Positions 28,107-37,906 of a DNA stretch of 64,000 nucleotides are shown piece after piece (positions within the stretch are counted from its first letter, which is position 1; every line of letters starts with the position of its first letter). The notes under the pieces are model-generated. The model was not told the DNA's origin and made no database searches. It saw only the letters and a program-made list of their open reading frames with translations. Origin of the DNA: Oligoflexales bacterium (GTDB taxonomy: Bacteria > Bdellovibrionota_B > Oligoflexia > Oligoflexales > CAIYRB01); NCBI GenBank assembly GCA_041736175.1, contig JBGSUI010000056.1, positions 94,347-158,346 on the forward strand. Direction: 5' to 3'. A program made the position numbers and the translations under genes.

Positions 28107-30740
28107 TCACTGGACGTAGGGCGGTGGCACCGTCATGATCGGGACCGAGGTGCAGCCCGTTGCAGCTGGGTTAGCGCAGCAGGCTATTTGCTGGTCCGCT
28201 GCCGCTTTATATCCCGAGGCATTCCATTGGTCCAAGGTCTGAAGGACAGGGTCGCTGGGCGGCATCCAATGACTGAGGGGCCAGGCAGCGCCTTTTGGGG
28301 AAACGTTTTTAGCGAGACTGGCACCCACAGACTGTTTAGTCCAGTCGGTGCAGGACATAAAATTTCCAATCGTGTGGCAAGAGGTACAGGATTTGCTGCC
28401 GGAGACAGGTACGACACCAATCCCTTGAGCCTTCTCCCAGCTATTAAATATACGTGCTCCCAGCATACTGTATTTGCGTGGCGAGGCTGTAAGCTTCATC
28501 CCCGAGGGGACCAGGGGCGATCCATCCGGTAGGCGAACTTGGTCGATATAGGGGCTATGGATCCAAGGGTCAGAATCATGGCATTTATGACAGCCTACAT
28601 TAAAGGTCGCCAGGGGACTCAACCAAAAGTTTGCTGCAGAGAGTGCATAGGCGGGGGAGCCGGCGGGTAGCGCTGTTTCGCTCGGAGGAGGAACTCGGCG
28701 TCCGTCGGTGTCAGGAGTGAGTCTTTGAAACCAGCAGGTCTCACCGGTGACACGGTTATGTTGGATGATGGCGATATCTTCATAGAGAGGCACCACCGAT
28801 CCATCAATAGTCACCCCTTGGAATCCCTGTGGGCCAAGTCGGGCTTTGTAGTGGCGGCAAGCAAACACGGTATCAACTTCTTTTTGTTCAGACCCATCCG
28901 GACGAAAAGAGGGGAGCCGCCCATAGCGGGAGTAGGGAATGCATTGTCCTTGGTCACTCATACCTAAGAGTGCAGGCCGATCACATTGAAATTGCGTTGC
29001 GGGTGTGGTTCCAAAAGGATAGGCCGCAGCTTGGGACGCGGTCAGATTGGGGGGAATTGGGACGCCATCCAAGGTGATCGGAGCGATTTGGCCGTCGAGG
29101 CAATTGAAAGGACGGAGTGACCCAAGTCTCGCGGCGCATTGTTTGGCGTAGGAGGCCTGGTCGAGAGTCCCCGTGGCGGGCAGAGTTTTAATGGAAATTT
29201 GGTCATAAAGACTGGCGTTATTTCCTTCATCCCGGACGATCACCGTCATCCAGTAGGTTTCGGAGGGCGCTAAGCCCCCCACCATAAAGGTAGAGGCGTT
29301 AAGAGCGGGCTTGCCTGCGGAGGTGCCGTTGCTCAAGGCATTTGTTAGATCCGTGAGGATGGGTTGGGATGCGGTGACGAGTTCATAGTTTAGTTTTGAG
29401 GGTGGGCTGACCTTGTCGGTGGCTGTGATCCAGGAGATTCGGACTTCGGTGTCGGTCAGCTCAGATGCTATTAAACTACGGTTGGTGACCAGGGGTGGCG
29501 TCCCATCAGGCTTTGTGGTGACCGTTAGGGTCTCATAAGAACGAGTATTGCCGGCGCCGTCGCGGACAAGGACATAAATCTTATAGGTCTTACCGGGCAC
29601 GAGCTGGTCTATTTGGATAGAGGTGATTTTTGGTGCAAAATCTTTGAGGAGACGGGCTTTACTTTGAATCTCTGCCACAGAAGCCAGCGGGTTTTCGTCG
29701 CCAATATAAACAGCATAGGCTAAGGTCTCTGACGGCGCAAGATCATCCTGGGCGAGGGACCAACGGACATCGAGACCCTCGTCCGAAAGATTGGCTGCGA
29801 CCACTTGACCGGCGTTTCCGGGAGAGGGAGCGGTCCGGTCGATGGCATGGCTTTTGATGAGGGACACCGAAACCTTTAAGGTGGCCTCTAGTTTTAAATT
29901 TGTTTTCTGACCGCTGAAGTGTCGTGTCTCGATGATTTTGCCGTCTTCTCCCCGTAGGGTGACTTTAGCTTCAAACGGTTTATTTTCAGTAAGGTTGGTT
30001 AGGGTTCCCACAAACTCTCCCCCTGGGATCCAGGGGCTCACAGTCGCGCGCCATAGGGGGGTGCCTTCCGTGCGCCACTCCCATAGAATCTGGACGCCCT
30101 GCAAAAAAGGTAAATCGGGGGTGGGGGGAGCTTTGAGAAGGTAGCCTTCATCGGCCCATTGCTGCCAAAGAGCCTGCTGCTGTGGGGTGAGAGGGGGTGC
30201 CGGGGGAGGCGGCATGGGGGCCGACGTGCTGGCTAGCCGGAGGATGATCTCAGCGACGAGGGCTTGGGGATCATTAAACCGACTGGTATAGGGCCATCCG
30301 GACATATTAAGAGGTGCCGTCGGAGAACCGGGCGGTGGAGTCGGTTGGCCAGGTCCGTGACAGCCCAGACAGTTCTGCGTCACCATAGGCTTGAGATCAT
30401 CATAGGTGATGGGTGAGAGCTGACCCTCTTCAGTCACGATGACCCTCAGGAGTGCAGGGACGCTGACTTCTTTAGAGGGAGACTCCTCACCGGTGGCTGT
30501 GTTGGTTGTGGTGGAGGTGGGATTTCCCCCTAGAGTAGGCGGGGCCGAGGTGGTGCTGGTTGGACTGGGGAGACTGGAGCCTGGCTGCGGGACGACCGCA
30601 GGGCCTCCTTCGGCACTGGATGGGGAGGAAGAGGTTCGCTGATCTTGGGTGACGGGGGGCGGGGTGCAGGTGGAGGCCCCCCAAAAAAATAGCACAAGGG
30701 CAACCGATCTTGAGGACCCAAGAAACCCAGCATGAATCAT
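28107..30740 (-). CDS. Exported c-type cytochrome (3 CXXCH) with two fibronectin type III domains
   Basis: CLGCH, CHKCH and CTSCH; two FN3-like units ending L.P..TY...V.VRD..GN/NN; signal/lipobox-like ASTC; S/T/P linker. Confidence 0.75.
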   Translation of the reverse strand: MIHAGFLGSSRSVALVLFFWGASTCTPPPVTQDQRTSSSPSSAEGGPAVVPQPGSSLPSPTSTTSAPPTLGGNPTSTTTNTATGEESPSKEVSVPALLRVIVTEEGQLSPITYDDLKPMVTQNCLGCHGPGQPTPPPGSPTAPLNMSGWPYTSRFNDPQALVAEIILRLASTSAPMPPPPAPPLTPQQQALWQQWADEGYLLKAPPTPDLPFLQGVQILWEWRTEGTPLWRATVSPWIPGGEFVGTLTNLTENKPFEAKVTLRGEDGKIIETRHFSGQKTNLKLEATLKVSVSLIKSHAIDRTAPSPGNAGQVVAANLSDEGLDVRWSLAQDDLAPSETLAYAVYIGDENPLASVAEIQSKARLLKDFAPKITSIQIDQLVPGKTYKIYVLVRDGAGNTRSYETLTVTTKPDGTPPLVTNRSLIASELTDTEVRISWITATDKVSPPSKLNYELVTASQPILTDLTNALSNGTSAGKPALNASTFMVGGLAPSETYWMTVIVRDEGNNASLYDQISIKTLPATGTLDQASYAKQCAARLGSLRPFNCLDGQIAPITLDGVPIPPNLTASQAAAYPFGTTPATQFQCDRPALLGMSDQGQCIPYSRYGRLPSFRPDGSEQKEVDTVFACRHYKARLGPQGFQGVTIDGSVVPLYEDIAIIQHNRVTGETCWFQRLTPDTDGRRVPPPSETALPAGSPAYALSAANFWLSPLATFNVGCHKCHDSDPWIHSPYIDQVRLPDGSPLVPSGMKLTASPRKYSMLGARIFNSWEKAQGIGVVPVSGSKSCTSCHTIGNFMSCTDWTKQSVGASLAKNVSPKGAAWPLSHWMPPSDPVLQTLDQWNASGYKAAADQQIACCANPAATGCTSVPIMTVPPPYVQ

Positions 30741-31109
30741 AGTTGCTTTTCCTACAGGTCGACCAAGGGTGGCGATAGATCCTAGGACGCGAATGTTTAC
30801 AAACCCCGTCCTAGGGAGATGGTCCAAAGATATGATCTTACTTTACAATCATAATTTGGTTTAAACCTGGATTCAAGTAGACCCATGATTCGTCGTTTAT
30901 AATTTCACGACTTATAGCGATCTTTTTCCCATAAATATTGAGAAGATAAGACCGACTAAAAAGAGGACGAAGAGCACCTGGGCAACCCAGGTCGCAGTCC
31001 CCGCAATGCCACCGAATCCGAAAAATCCTGCAACGATCGCCAGCACCAAAAAAACCAAGACATAATAAAGCACGGAAACTCCCTTCTCCCAAGGGTTTTT
31101 AGTTGGCCT

Positions 31110-31322
31110 TTATGGCTCTTTCTTGCTGATAGAGTTGATATATTTATCCAGTTCCTTTTCAGCATCCTCCTGGCCAATCCCGTAACGTTCTTGGATTTTT
31201 CCAAGCATACGGTCTTTTTTTCCAGCGATGACTTCGAAATCACTGTCGGTAATTTTCCCCCATTTCTCTCGGAGATGACCCTTAAAAGTTTTCCATTGGC
31301 CTTCCATTTGATCCCAGTTCAT
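31110..31322 (-). CDS. csbD: CsbD family stress protein
   Basis: MNWDQMEGQWKTFKGHLREKWGKITD...GKIQERYG matches the CsbD/YjbJ signature. Confidence 0.95.
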   Translation of the reverse strand: MNWDQMEGQWKTFKGHLREKWGKITDSDFEVIAGKKDRMLGKIQERYGIGQEDAEKELDKYINSISKKEP

Positions 31323-31351
31323 AGCTTTGTTCCTTTTATTGTTTGATATGA

Positions 31352-31960
31352 TTAGTGAGCTAAACCTTCGCCTGCCTGTCTTAGGATAACGACTGCTTTT
31401 CCCGGTCCACCTTTGTCTCGGATCGTATTGCCAATATCATCAAGGATTCGGTCCTCCTGGTCGGTTGGTTTTCCGACTCCTTTGATTTTGGTGTCGTCGG
31501 TATTAAAAAGCCTGCCAAACCAGCTAGGGTTTTCAGTCATGGTATAGGTTTCAATCTCTTTGACACCTTGGGTCTCTAAAACGTGTTTGATCGAGGCGAC
31601 GCGTGCCTTTGCGATCTCGATATCTTTTTTGTTAAGGCTTGCACCTTTCATAGCGGGGTAGTCTTTGTCTGACCAGGCCGCAATGATGACGCGGGCGATA
31701 GCACCTGAATTTTTAGCAGCGTTGACGGTGGCAATCAGATTACTCCGCTCTGATTCGGTCAGCGTCGCGCCGCTCTTTGAAAAGGTGATGGTGGTTGTAT
31801 TTTTTTTGAGGATCTCAAAGAGTTTTGTCCTGGCATCTTCGGTCAGACTGTAGGGTGTTAGATTGGTCTGGGCAAAGACTGGACCTGTGGTCTCAAAGGT
31901 AAGTAGGGACGCTGCAAGCACGACGCTTACAGTGAGATTCCGTCGTTTAAATGTTGTCAT
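31352..31960 (-). CDS. Secreted protein with a degenerate OmpA-C-like fold
   Basis: Signal peptide; ITFSKSGATLT, AWSD and A.AR...IK pattern. Confidence 0.6.
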   Translation of the reverse strand: MTTFKRRNLTVSVVLAASLLTFETTGPVFAQTNLTPYSLTEDARTKLFEILKKNTTTITFSKSGATLTESERSNLIATVNAAKNSGAIARVIIAAWSDKDYPAMKGASLNKKDIEIAKARVASIKHVLETQGVKEIETYTMTENPSWFGRLFNTDDTKIKGVGKPTDQEDRILDDIGNTIRDKGGPGKAVVILRQAGEGLAH

Positions 31961-32243
31961 GGATCTATCCTTTCAAGTTTGTTTGTCGCTCTAGCCTAGC
32001 AGGTGACTTAACTTGACACCGATAGGCGGATGCTAGCCCATTTTTATAAAAAACCAAACAAAATGAGCGAATAACTACAAAATAATATCTATTCAAAAAC
32101 CGACGCCAACCAATTTTGTATAGGACTAGACTTAGTGATGTATAGTCAAAATATATTTAAATATAATGAGAGAGCAGTGCATTCTCCGTTGGTAATCATC
32201 GATTGTTTATCGTAAGTAAGATGTCGATGGTCCGGAGATTTCC

Positions 32244-33698
32244 ATGAACGATCCGGAGTTCAACTTAACCAAGAGGAGTCAGGATATGCAGGCAGCAACA
32301 TCCAAAGGTGGGGGTCCAGTCTCTTCTGTGTACTCGGAGGTACTTATGATGACGCGTTTGTTTCGATTGCTACGTTTACCAGGAAGTAAGGGAGTCGTTT
32401 TATGGATGTCGTTGCTCTCTCTATGGAGTTGTGCTCCATCGGTGAAGATTGAGGAGTTTCCAGACACAGCGAGTGCTTCGGAAGAAGTTCAACGCTTGGC
32501 GACGGACATAAAAAATGCCGAAGGCCGGCAAGTTGATGTCTTTGCTCCTACTGCCTTTAAAGAGGCGACCGCTAGCCTAAAGGCAGCCATAGAGAGGCAA
32601 AAAGATGGAGATGACGCCAAAGATATTCTTCACGAGGTTGCTGTGGGGCGCGCGTACATTGACCAAGCAAACCGGTCGTCAGAGGCCTCCCAATCCAGTC
32701 TTTCTGAAATATCGTCGGCTCGATTGGCCGCCCTTAAGGCAGGGGCAAACCTCTACTATCCAAAAGATCTAGAAGCCGTGGATAACAAGCTTCGGACGAT
32801 CACCAAAAGACGCGAAGCCAAAAACGTTGAGCGGGATGACGAGGCCCTTAAACTACTCCAAAAAGACTATCTCGATGTTGAGCTGAAGTCGATCAAACAG
32901 GCCAATTTAGGCCCAGCTCTCCAGATAGTTGACCAGGCAATCACCGAAGGGGCAAAAGACAATGCCAAGCAAAGCCTAGCAGTCGCCGAAAAAAGCATCC
33001 GCGACGCGGAGTCTTTTATCATTGCTAACCGCTATAAAACCGACGAAGTAAAAGCCCAGTCCGAAAAAGCTCTCTTTGCGGCCAACTACCTCCTTAAAAT
33101 CACCCGTGCCTCGAAGGTTGCAGAAAACATCTCTCCCGAAGAAGCAGCCATCATGATGGAACGGGAGCGAGCTAAGACTGAAGAAGAGCGTTACAAAGTA
33201 GAAGCAGCCCAACGTGCCACGACTGTGGTCGCTGGAAGGGTCCAAGATTTAGCATCAGAAAAGGAGTTCAATGCGCAGTTTGCCGAGGCAAGCGCCGAGT
33301 TTTCCAAAGACGAGGCTGAGGTTTACCGCCAAGGGGACAAACTAGTGATCAGGTTAAAAACCCTTGAATTTCCTGTCAACCAATCCGTGGTCCAAAGCTC
33401 TAACTTTGCCGTGTTGGGCAAACTTGGAAAAGTCATCGGTGACTTTAAAAATCCAAGTGTCTCCGTGGAAGGTCATACGGACTCAACGGGAAAGGCTGCC
33501 CGCAATAAAAAGCTATCCATTGACCGGGCTCAAGCGGTGGCTAACTATTTCATATCAAGCAATGTTATCGATCCTTCCCGTATCAGTGTTGTGGGCTGGG
33601 GCTCTGAACGGCCGCTTGCCTCTAATAAGACCGCCGCTGGCAAAGCCCAAAACCGGCGGGTCGATGTGGTTATCAGTTCGCCTATGGTGAGTCATTAA
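32244..33698 (+). CDS. OmpA family peptidoglycan-binding lipoprotein with a helical N-terminal region
   Basis: VEGHTDSTG..N.KLS..RA.AV, G.G.ERP.ASN and G.AQNRRVDV; lipobox LWSC. True start is probably near 32347. Confidence 0.9.
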   Translation: MNDPEFNLTKRSQDMQAATSKGGGPVSSVYSEVLMMTRLFRLLRLPGSKGVVLWMSLLSLWSCAPSVKIEEFPDTASASEEVQRLATDIKNAEGRQVDVFAPTAFKEATASLKAAIERQKDGDDAKDILHEVAVGRAYIDQANRSSEASQSSLSEISSARLAALKAGANLYYPKDLEAVDNKLRTITKRREAKNVERDDEALKLLQKDYLDVELKSIKQANLGPALQIVDQAITEGAKDNAKQSLAVAEKSIRDAESFIIANRYKTDEVKAQSEKALFAANYLLKITRASKVAENISPEEAAIMMERERAKTEEERYKVEAAQRATTVVAGRVQDLASEKEFNAQFAEASAEFSKDEAEVYRQGDKLVIRLKTLEFPVNQSVVQSSNFAVLGKLGKVIGDFKNPSVSVEGHTDSTGKAARNKKLSIDRAQAVANYFISSNVIDPSRISVVGWGSERPLASNKTAAGKAQNRRVDVVISSPMVSH

Positions 33699-33730
33699 GT
33701 ACAAACGATTTTATCACAAGATCAAATAAG

Positions 33731-34366
33731 ATGAGGTTTATTATGAGAAAATCAATGGCCAAGACCCTTTTTAAGACCGTTCTGCTTTTATCCATCCCAG
33801 GCCCCGTCGCCTTTTCAGCTCCAGTTTCGGGGACCAAGCAAAACCCTGACGCCCAATCAGTCCCCCTGATCGTAGGCGCTAAAGTAGGGCTAGCAAACGT
33901 CGAAAGCATCAGCGATCAGACCATTGCCTATGGGGTCTCCATCCAATATCCTTTGGATCAGACCATTCAGGTCGGTGCAACCATAGACTATTGGAATAAG
34001 TCATCCCTTGGTATCGAAACCCAGCAGGTTCAGATGGATGATTTATCCTTTGGAGGACATGCACGTTTAATGTTTAACAAGGCGGGAGCGACCTTACAGC
34101 CCTTTGCCCTGGCCGGGTTGGCTCTCCACCGGTTTTCGGTTTCGATTGCTGAAGAGACTGACTCCGAAGATCCAAAGATTGATAGGTTTCGCAAGGTAGA
34201 CGACGATGTTGCCGGTAAACTTGGATTTGACTTAGGCGGTGGCGCCAATTACGACATTCAACGAAATCTAGAGGCCAATGGTGAAATCCTATGGCGGAAG
34301 TTAGCAGATTCTACAGCTAACTTTGATCAGTTGGTTTTTTCTGCTGGGCTATCCTATAGGCTCTAA
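33731..34366 (+). CDS. Small outer-membrane beta-barrel protein
   Basis: Signal peptide, LQPFALAGL, GFDLGGGANY and terminal FSAGLSYRL. Confidence 0.8.
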   Translation: MRFIMRKSMAKTLFKTVLLLSIPGPVAFSAPVSGTKQNPDAQSVPLIVGAKVGLANVESISDQTIAYGVSIQYPLDQTIQVGATIDYWNKSSLGIETQQVQMDDLSFGGHARLMFNKAGATLQPFALAGLALHRFSVSIAEETDSEDPKIDRFRKVDDDVAGKLGFDLGGGANYDIQRNLEANGEILWRKLADSTANFDQLVFSAGLSYRL

Positions 34367-34382
34367 CTTTGTAGAGGGTTAA

Positions 34383-34436
34383 GAGAGGGATTCTTGTGCC
34401 GGCTCGAATGAAACGGGCAGCGCAAGAATCCCTCTC
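34383..34436. terminator. Long stem-loop between convergent genes
   Basis: GAGAGGGATTCTTG ... CAAGAATCCCTCTC perfect 14-bp inverted repeat. Confidence 0.8.
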
Positions 34437-34441
34437 ATTTG

Positions 34442-35086
34442 CTATGATTCTTTGGTGAAAAGGCGTTCGCTATTGAGTTTGTCCGGGCGGGACTGGGCAT
34501 CACTCTTGTCGAGAAAAATTTGGTCTCTACCAAAGGTCAGCTGTTTTTTGCTGCCGTCTAAGTGGTAGATATCAAAGATGACGTTGCCGCTCGAGAGGTT
34601 CATACCGAGGCATTTTTTGCCAAGGACGTCCGTGGAAGTGCCGACTTTCCAATCAGCTTTTTCGCAGTAAGACGCCGTATTCATCAGTTTGACGCTATCA
34701 TCACTCAGGGCTGACATGTCGGCAGCAACCAATGTGAAATTGATATCTCTAGCTTCTGGTACGTTAGCTGTCTTATCTAGGGAAGCATAGGTTCCTCGCT
34801 CTACTAATTTTGCCGTGCCCTGTTTGCATTCAGCATCGCTATAAAAAGTAGTCATTCTATCAAAATCTCCCAGCGGGCTGAATTTAAGAGTGGTTTTTTC
34901 GTGGCTGAGCCCCAGCCAATCGGTTTTGCCACAGCCGTTATTCCAGGTTCCGTTAAGGCTAAAATCATTTTGCCTTAGTTTTTCTCCTTTGCTCTTTGTG
35001 CTGCTGCGACCGCAGCTTACCAGAGGGACACACAGAAGGGCAATCAATCCGATCTTTCCAAAAGTCTGTTTAGCTTTGTAGTTCAT
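34442..35086 (-). CDS. Hypothetical lipoprotein
   Basis: Lipobox LVSC; LNGTW start suggests a lipocalin-like beta fold; four further Cys. Confidence 0.75.
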   Translation of the reverse strand: MNYKAKQTFGKIGLIALLCVPLVSCGRSSTKSKGEKLRQNDFSLNGTWNNGCGKTDWLGLSHEKTTLKFSPLGDFDRMTTFYSDAECKQGTAKLVERGTYASLDKTANVPEARDINFTLVAADMSALSDDSVKLMNTASYCEKADWKVGTSTDVLGKKCLGMNLSSGNVIFDIYHLDGSKKQLTFGRDQIFLDKSDAQSRPDKLNSERLFTKES

Positions 35087-35186
35087 AAATTAGCTCCATG
35101 TTAAAAAATTAAGGTTCCTTTTGCAGGTTATCTTAAAATTACAGATTTCAGGCGCGCGAAAATAATACCAAAAAATTAGGTTAAAC

Positions 35187-35201
35187 ATAGCTATTTTCTA
35201 T
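35187..35201. promoter_or_regulatory. Putative LysR recognition box (ATAG-N7-CTAT)
   Basis: Perfect T-N11-A dyad in the divergent intergenic region upstream of the LysR gene. Confidence 0.55.
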
Positions 35202-35262
35202 CTAATGCACTAAAGTCCAAATAGGACTTTGTCCTGGCCATTTTTTTTGGAGTGCTCTATCA

Positions 35263-36210
35263 ATGCTCAATTTTAACCACCTCTACTATTTTTATATGAC
35301 AGCAAAATCAGGCACGGTAACCTCTGCGGCGGAACATCTCCATATCTCCCAGCCATCCCTAAGCAGCCAGCTTAAAGTTTTGGAGGGAACACTCAATGTT
35401 AAATTATTTAGAAAACATGGACGTAACAATCACCTCACGGATGATGGCCAATTGATCTTTGGTTATTGCCAAAGGATGTTTGAAACCGCCGAAGACCTCA
35501 CCGCCTCAATGGCATTTAGAACCTCACCCTCCAAGCGCATGATCAACATTGGTGTCTCAAACGAGGTTGAAAGAGGTTTTGTGGGGTTGTTTGTAGATAA
35601 GTTTTTGCGCCAAACGGGTATTGACCACTTGCCTAAAGTCAAAGTCACTTCCGGCACCCATGAGCAGCTTGCAGAGGGCCTAAAGTTTCGCGAATTAGAT
35701 ATTATTCTGACTCAAAGCCCTTTGGTCGAGCCGGAGGTCGTCGGGCTTCAATGTGCGGAGATTCCGGTGATGTTAGCTGTGTGTAAGGACCCATCAAAAT
35801 GGATTGTGGATGGGCTCAGGGATCAGGAGGTTACCAGCGACTCTTTTTTCTATTCCCCTGAGACCCGCTGGATCATGCCTTTTCCGGGGATCAAACTGCG
35901 CTCCGAAATAGACCACTTTTATGAAAAGCATCATCTTCAGGGCCGGGTGATCCTTGAAAGTGACGCCGTCGCTTCCCAGCTCCAGTCGGTCATCGATGGC
36001 TTGGGAGTGGCGTTTTTTCCTATGACCTACCTATCCCTCGAGACTCAGAAAACATCCATAGATCTGCTAGGTCCTAAGGGCGGCTTTTGGAAACATAGTC
36101 TCTGGCTAGGATGTCATACTAGAAGCCAGGGGGATCCAGAAGTCCTCTTACTCGCTGGTGCATTTAATGCCGTGTGCACGTCGACATCTCCTGAATCCTA
36201 TGGTCACTAA
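35263..36210 (+). CDS. LysR family transcriptional regulator (NhaR-like)
   Basis: LNFNHLYYF...G.VT.AAE.LHISQPSLSSQLK.LE..L...LF HTH. Confidence 0.93.
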   Translation: MLNFNHLYYFYMTAKSGTVTSAAEHLHISQPSLSSQLKVLEGTLNVKLFRKHGRNNHLTDDGQLIFGYCQRMFETAEDLTASMAFRTSPSKRMINIGVSNEVERGFVGLFVDKFLRQTGIDHLPKVKVTSGTHEQLAEGLKFRELDIILTQSPLVEPEVVGLQCAEIPVMLAVCKDPSKWIVDGLRDQEVTSDSFFYSPETRWIMPFPGIKLRSEIDHFYEKHHLQGRVILESDAVASQLQSVIDGLGVAFFPMTYLSLETQKTSIDLLGPKGGFWKHSLWLGCHTRSQGDPEVLLLAGAFNAVCTSTSPESYGH

Positions 36211-36338
36211 ACAATAGTTTTGATCGCTTTTGGTAGAATTGGAAAGGCCCACTTGCAAAAACCTCCCTCCCATTGAGGTCTTGGTTTACGCCGAGTGGGC
36301 CTATCAGTAAGACATAAGGATGGGTTGTCCTCTTGTCC

Positions 36339-37592
36339 CTACTTAAAAAAGGGATTGACACCTGGTTTGCCAATCGAACCTGGTAGACGGGCTTTTTTGC
36401 CGACTTCCTTAAGGACGACCACTGGTCCAATGCCAGCCACCGCTTCTTGGGTAAGAGTTGCGATGAGTTCAGCATAACCCTGATCGTCGTCAAAATTGTC
36501 TGCTAGGATAACGTTTGGGTTACGCCAGTACGCAGCGCGACCCGTGTCACGGGGATTTGGTGGGGTGGTTAAAAAGTTACGGACTTCGTAGTTAAGGTCA
36601 AAGAGTGTGGCCCGGTGGTGGTTGGTAAAAGATAGGCGTCCATCCAAAAGTATATTTTGGCAACCCTCTTTTTCAAGAGTAGGAGCAAGATCGATCGCCT
36701 TTGGTGCGACCCATTGGGCCCCTGGAAAAAAATCATCGTTTAAGAAGCCGTGGTAAATAGGATATTGGGGGAGTCGTTTTTTAATGTCTGCCACAGCCGC
36801 CTTCATTTGCTTAATCGCCGGATCGCCCTTATCAGTGAGCCATGTGGGCAGTCCGTGGGAAGCTATAAATAGGCAGATTTTTTTGGGTTCTACACCCGGA
36901 AAGGCCGCTTGAGCATCACGGTCTAAAACATCAGCCATCAGCTTGCGGAAACGGGCGTCATCTGAATACTCGCGGTAGCCAATGACCTTGGCCTTAAAGT
37001 TTTTAGCTTTAGCAAGAAACTTAAGGGCGTCTTCCATGTTTTCCCCACTGGAGGCATAGGAAAACTGCGCTCCTTTGTTGAAGATCACGATGGTTTCCAC
37101 GCCGTCCCTTGCCATCTCTTCCATGGTGTCTTCGATATAGGGCTTAGTGAAGTTGTAGCCTAGGTAGGCCTTGCCGTTAATCCCTAACTCCGCAAGGGCC
37201 TCGTCGACAGCCTGTCTTTGAAGGCTTGCTTTAGCGCGGTAGTTGGTGGGGCCAATGATGTCGTACTGTTTACGCACCGTGTCGACAGATAGGGAGTAGG
37301 CTGGTCCTGTTAAGATTCCTCGCGACCAGGCTGGAAGGGGGATTCCAGGATTTCGCTGAAAGGAGACCTTAATGTACTCTTCTAGTTCCGTCTGGGGATG
37401 GTCGATATCGCCGTGGGATGCAAGCAGAACGCCGATTTTTCCCGCTTGGCTAAGGGCGCTTTCGATCGTGTCTCGCTGGGTGAGCTCTAGTCCAAGGGCG
37501 GGTTGGAGCCACAAGGCCCCTGATAAAATACCAATACCTGACATGACCAAGGCTAAGAAGTTAGCTCTTTTCTTGTGAGTTGATGGGACCAT
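36339..37592 (-). CDS. Ferrochelatase-fold protein with an N-terminal signal peptide
   Basis: KIGVLL, PYIEDTMEEMARDGV, QFS, SHGLP...GDP, W..P and SF..H..TL..L align with HemH. Signal-like segment KKRANFLALVMSGIGILSGALW..PALG. Confidence 0.75.
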   Translation of the reverse strand: MVPSTHKKRANFLALVMSGIGILSGALWLQPALGLELTQRDTIESALSQAGKIGVLLASHGDIDHPQTELEEYIKVSFQRNPGIPLPAWSRGILTGPAYSLSVDTVRKQYDIIGPTNYRAKASLQRQAVDEALAELGINGKAYLGYNFTKPYIEDTMEEMARDGVETIVIFNKGAQFSYASSGENMEDALKFLAKAKNFKAKVIGYREYSDDARFRKLMADVLDRDAQAAFPGVEPKKICLFIASHGLPTWLTDKGDPAIKQMKAAVADIKKRLPQYPIYHGFLNDDFFPGAQWVAPKAIDLAPTLEKEGCQNILLDGRLSFTNHHRATLFDLNYEVRNFLTTPPNPRDTGRAAYWRNPNVILADNFDDDQGYAELIATLTQEAVAGIGPVVVLKEVGKKARLPGSIGKPGVNPFFK

Positions 37593-37906
37593 AAAGGAAA
37601 TCTCCAATCTTAAGTTTTTCTTGAGTGGTTGGTTTGTAATCTAGTTTTTACCAAATTTTTCTTGTTTCGCACAAGAAATGAATAGATTCTATCGCGCTTT
37701 TTGTCAAGAGAATTCCCAAATCAAAGCTTTCAAAAGGGCATCTCCCCCATAAAGAGTTAGAATAAAATCCTATAATATTAGAAATATATCTAAAATAATG
37801 AGGTTTTATAGGTCTCGTTGATTTTCTACTGCACAGTTCATGCACAGGTTGTTTTCCAGCTTCCCCCATGCAAATGCCTTTGTGGGCAGCTCCATAGACC
37901 TAAGAC

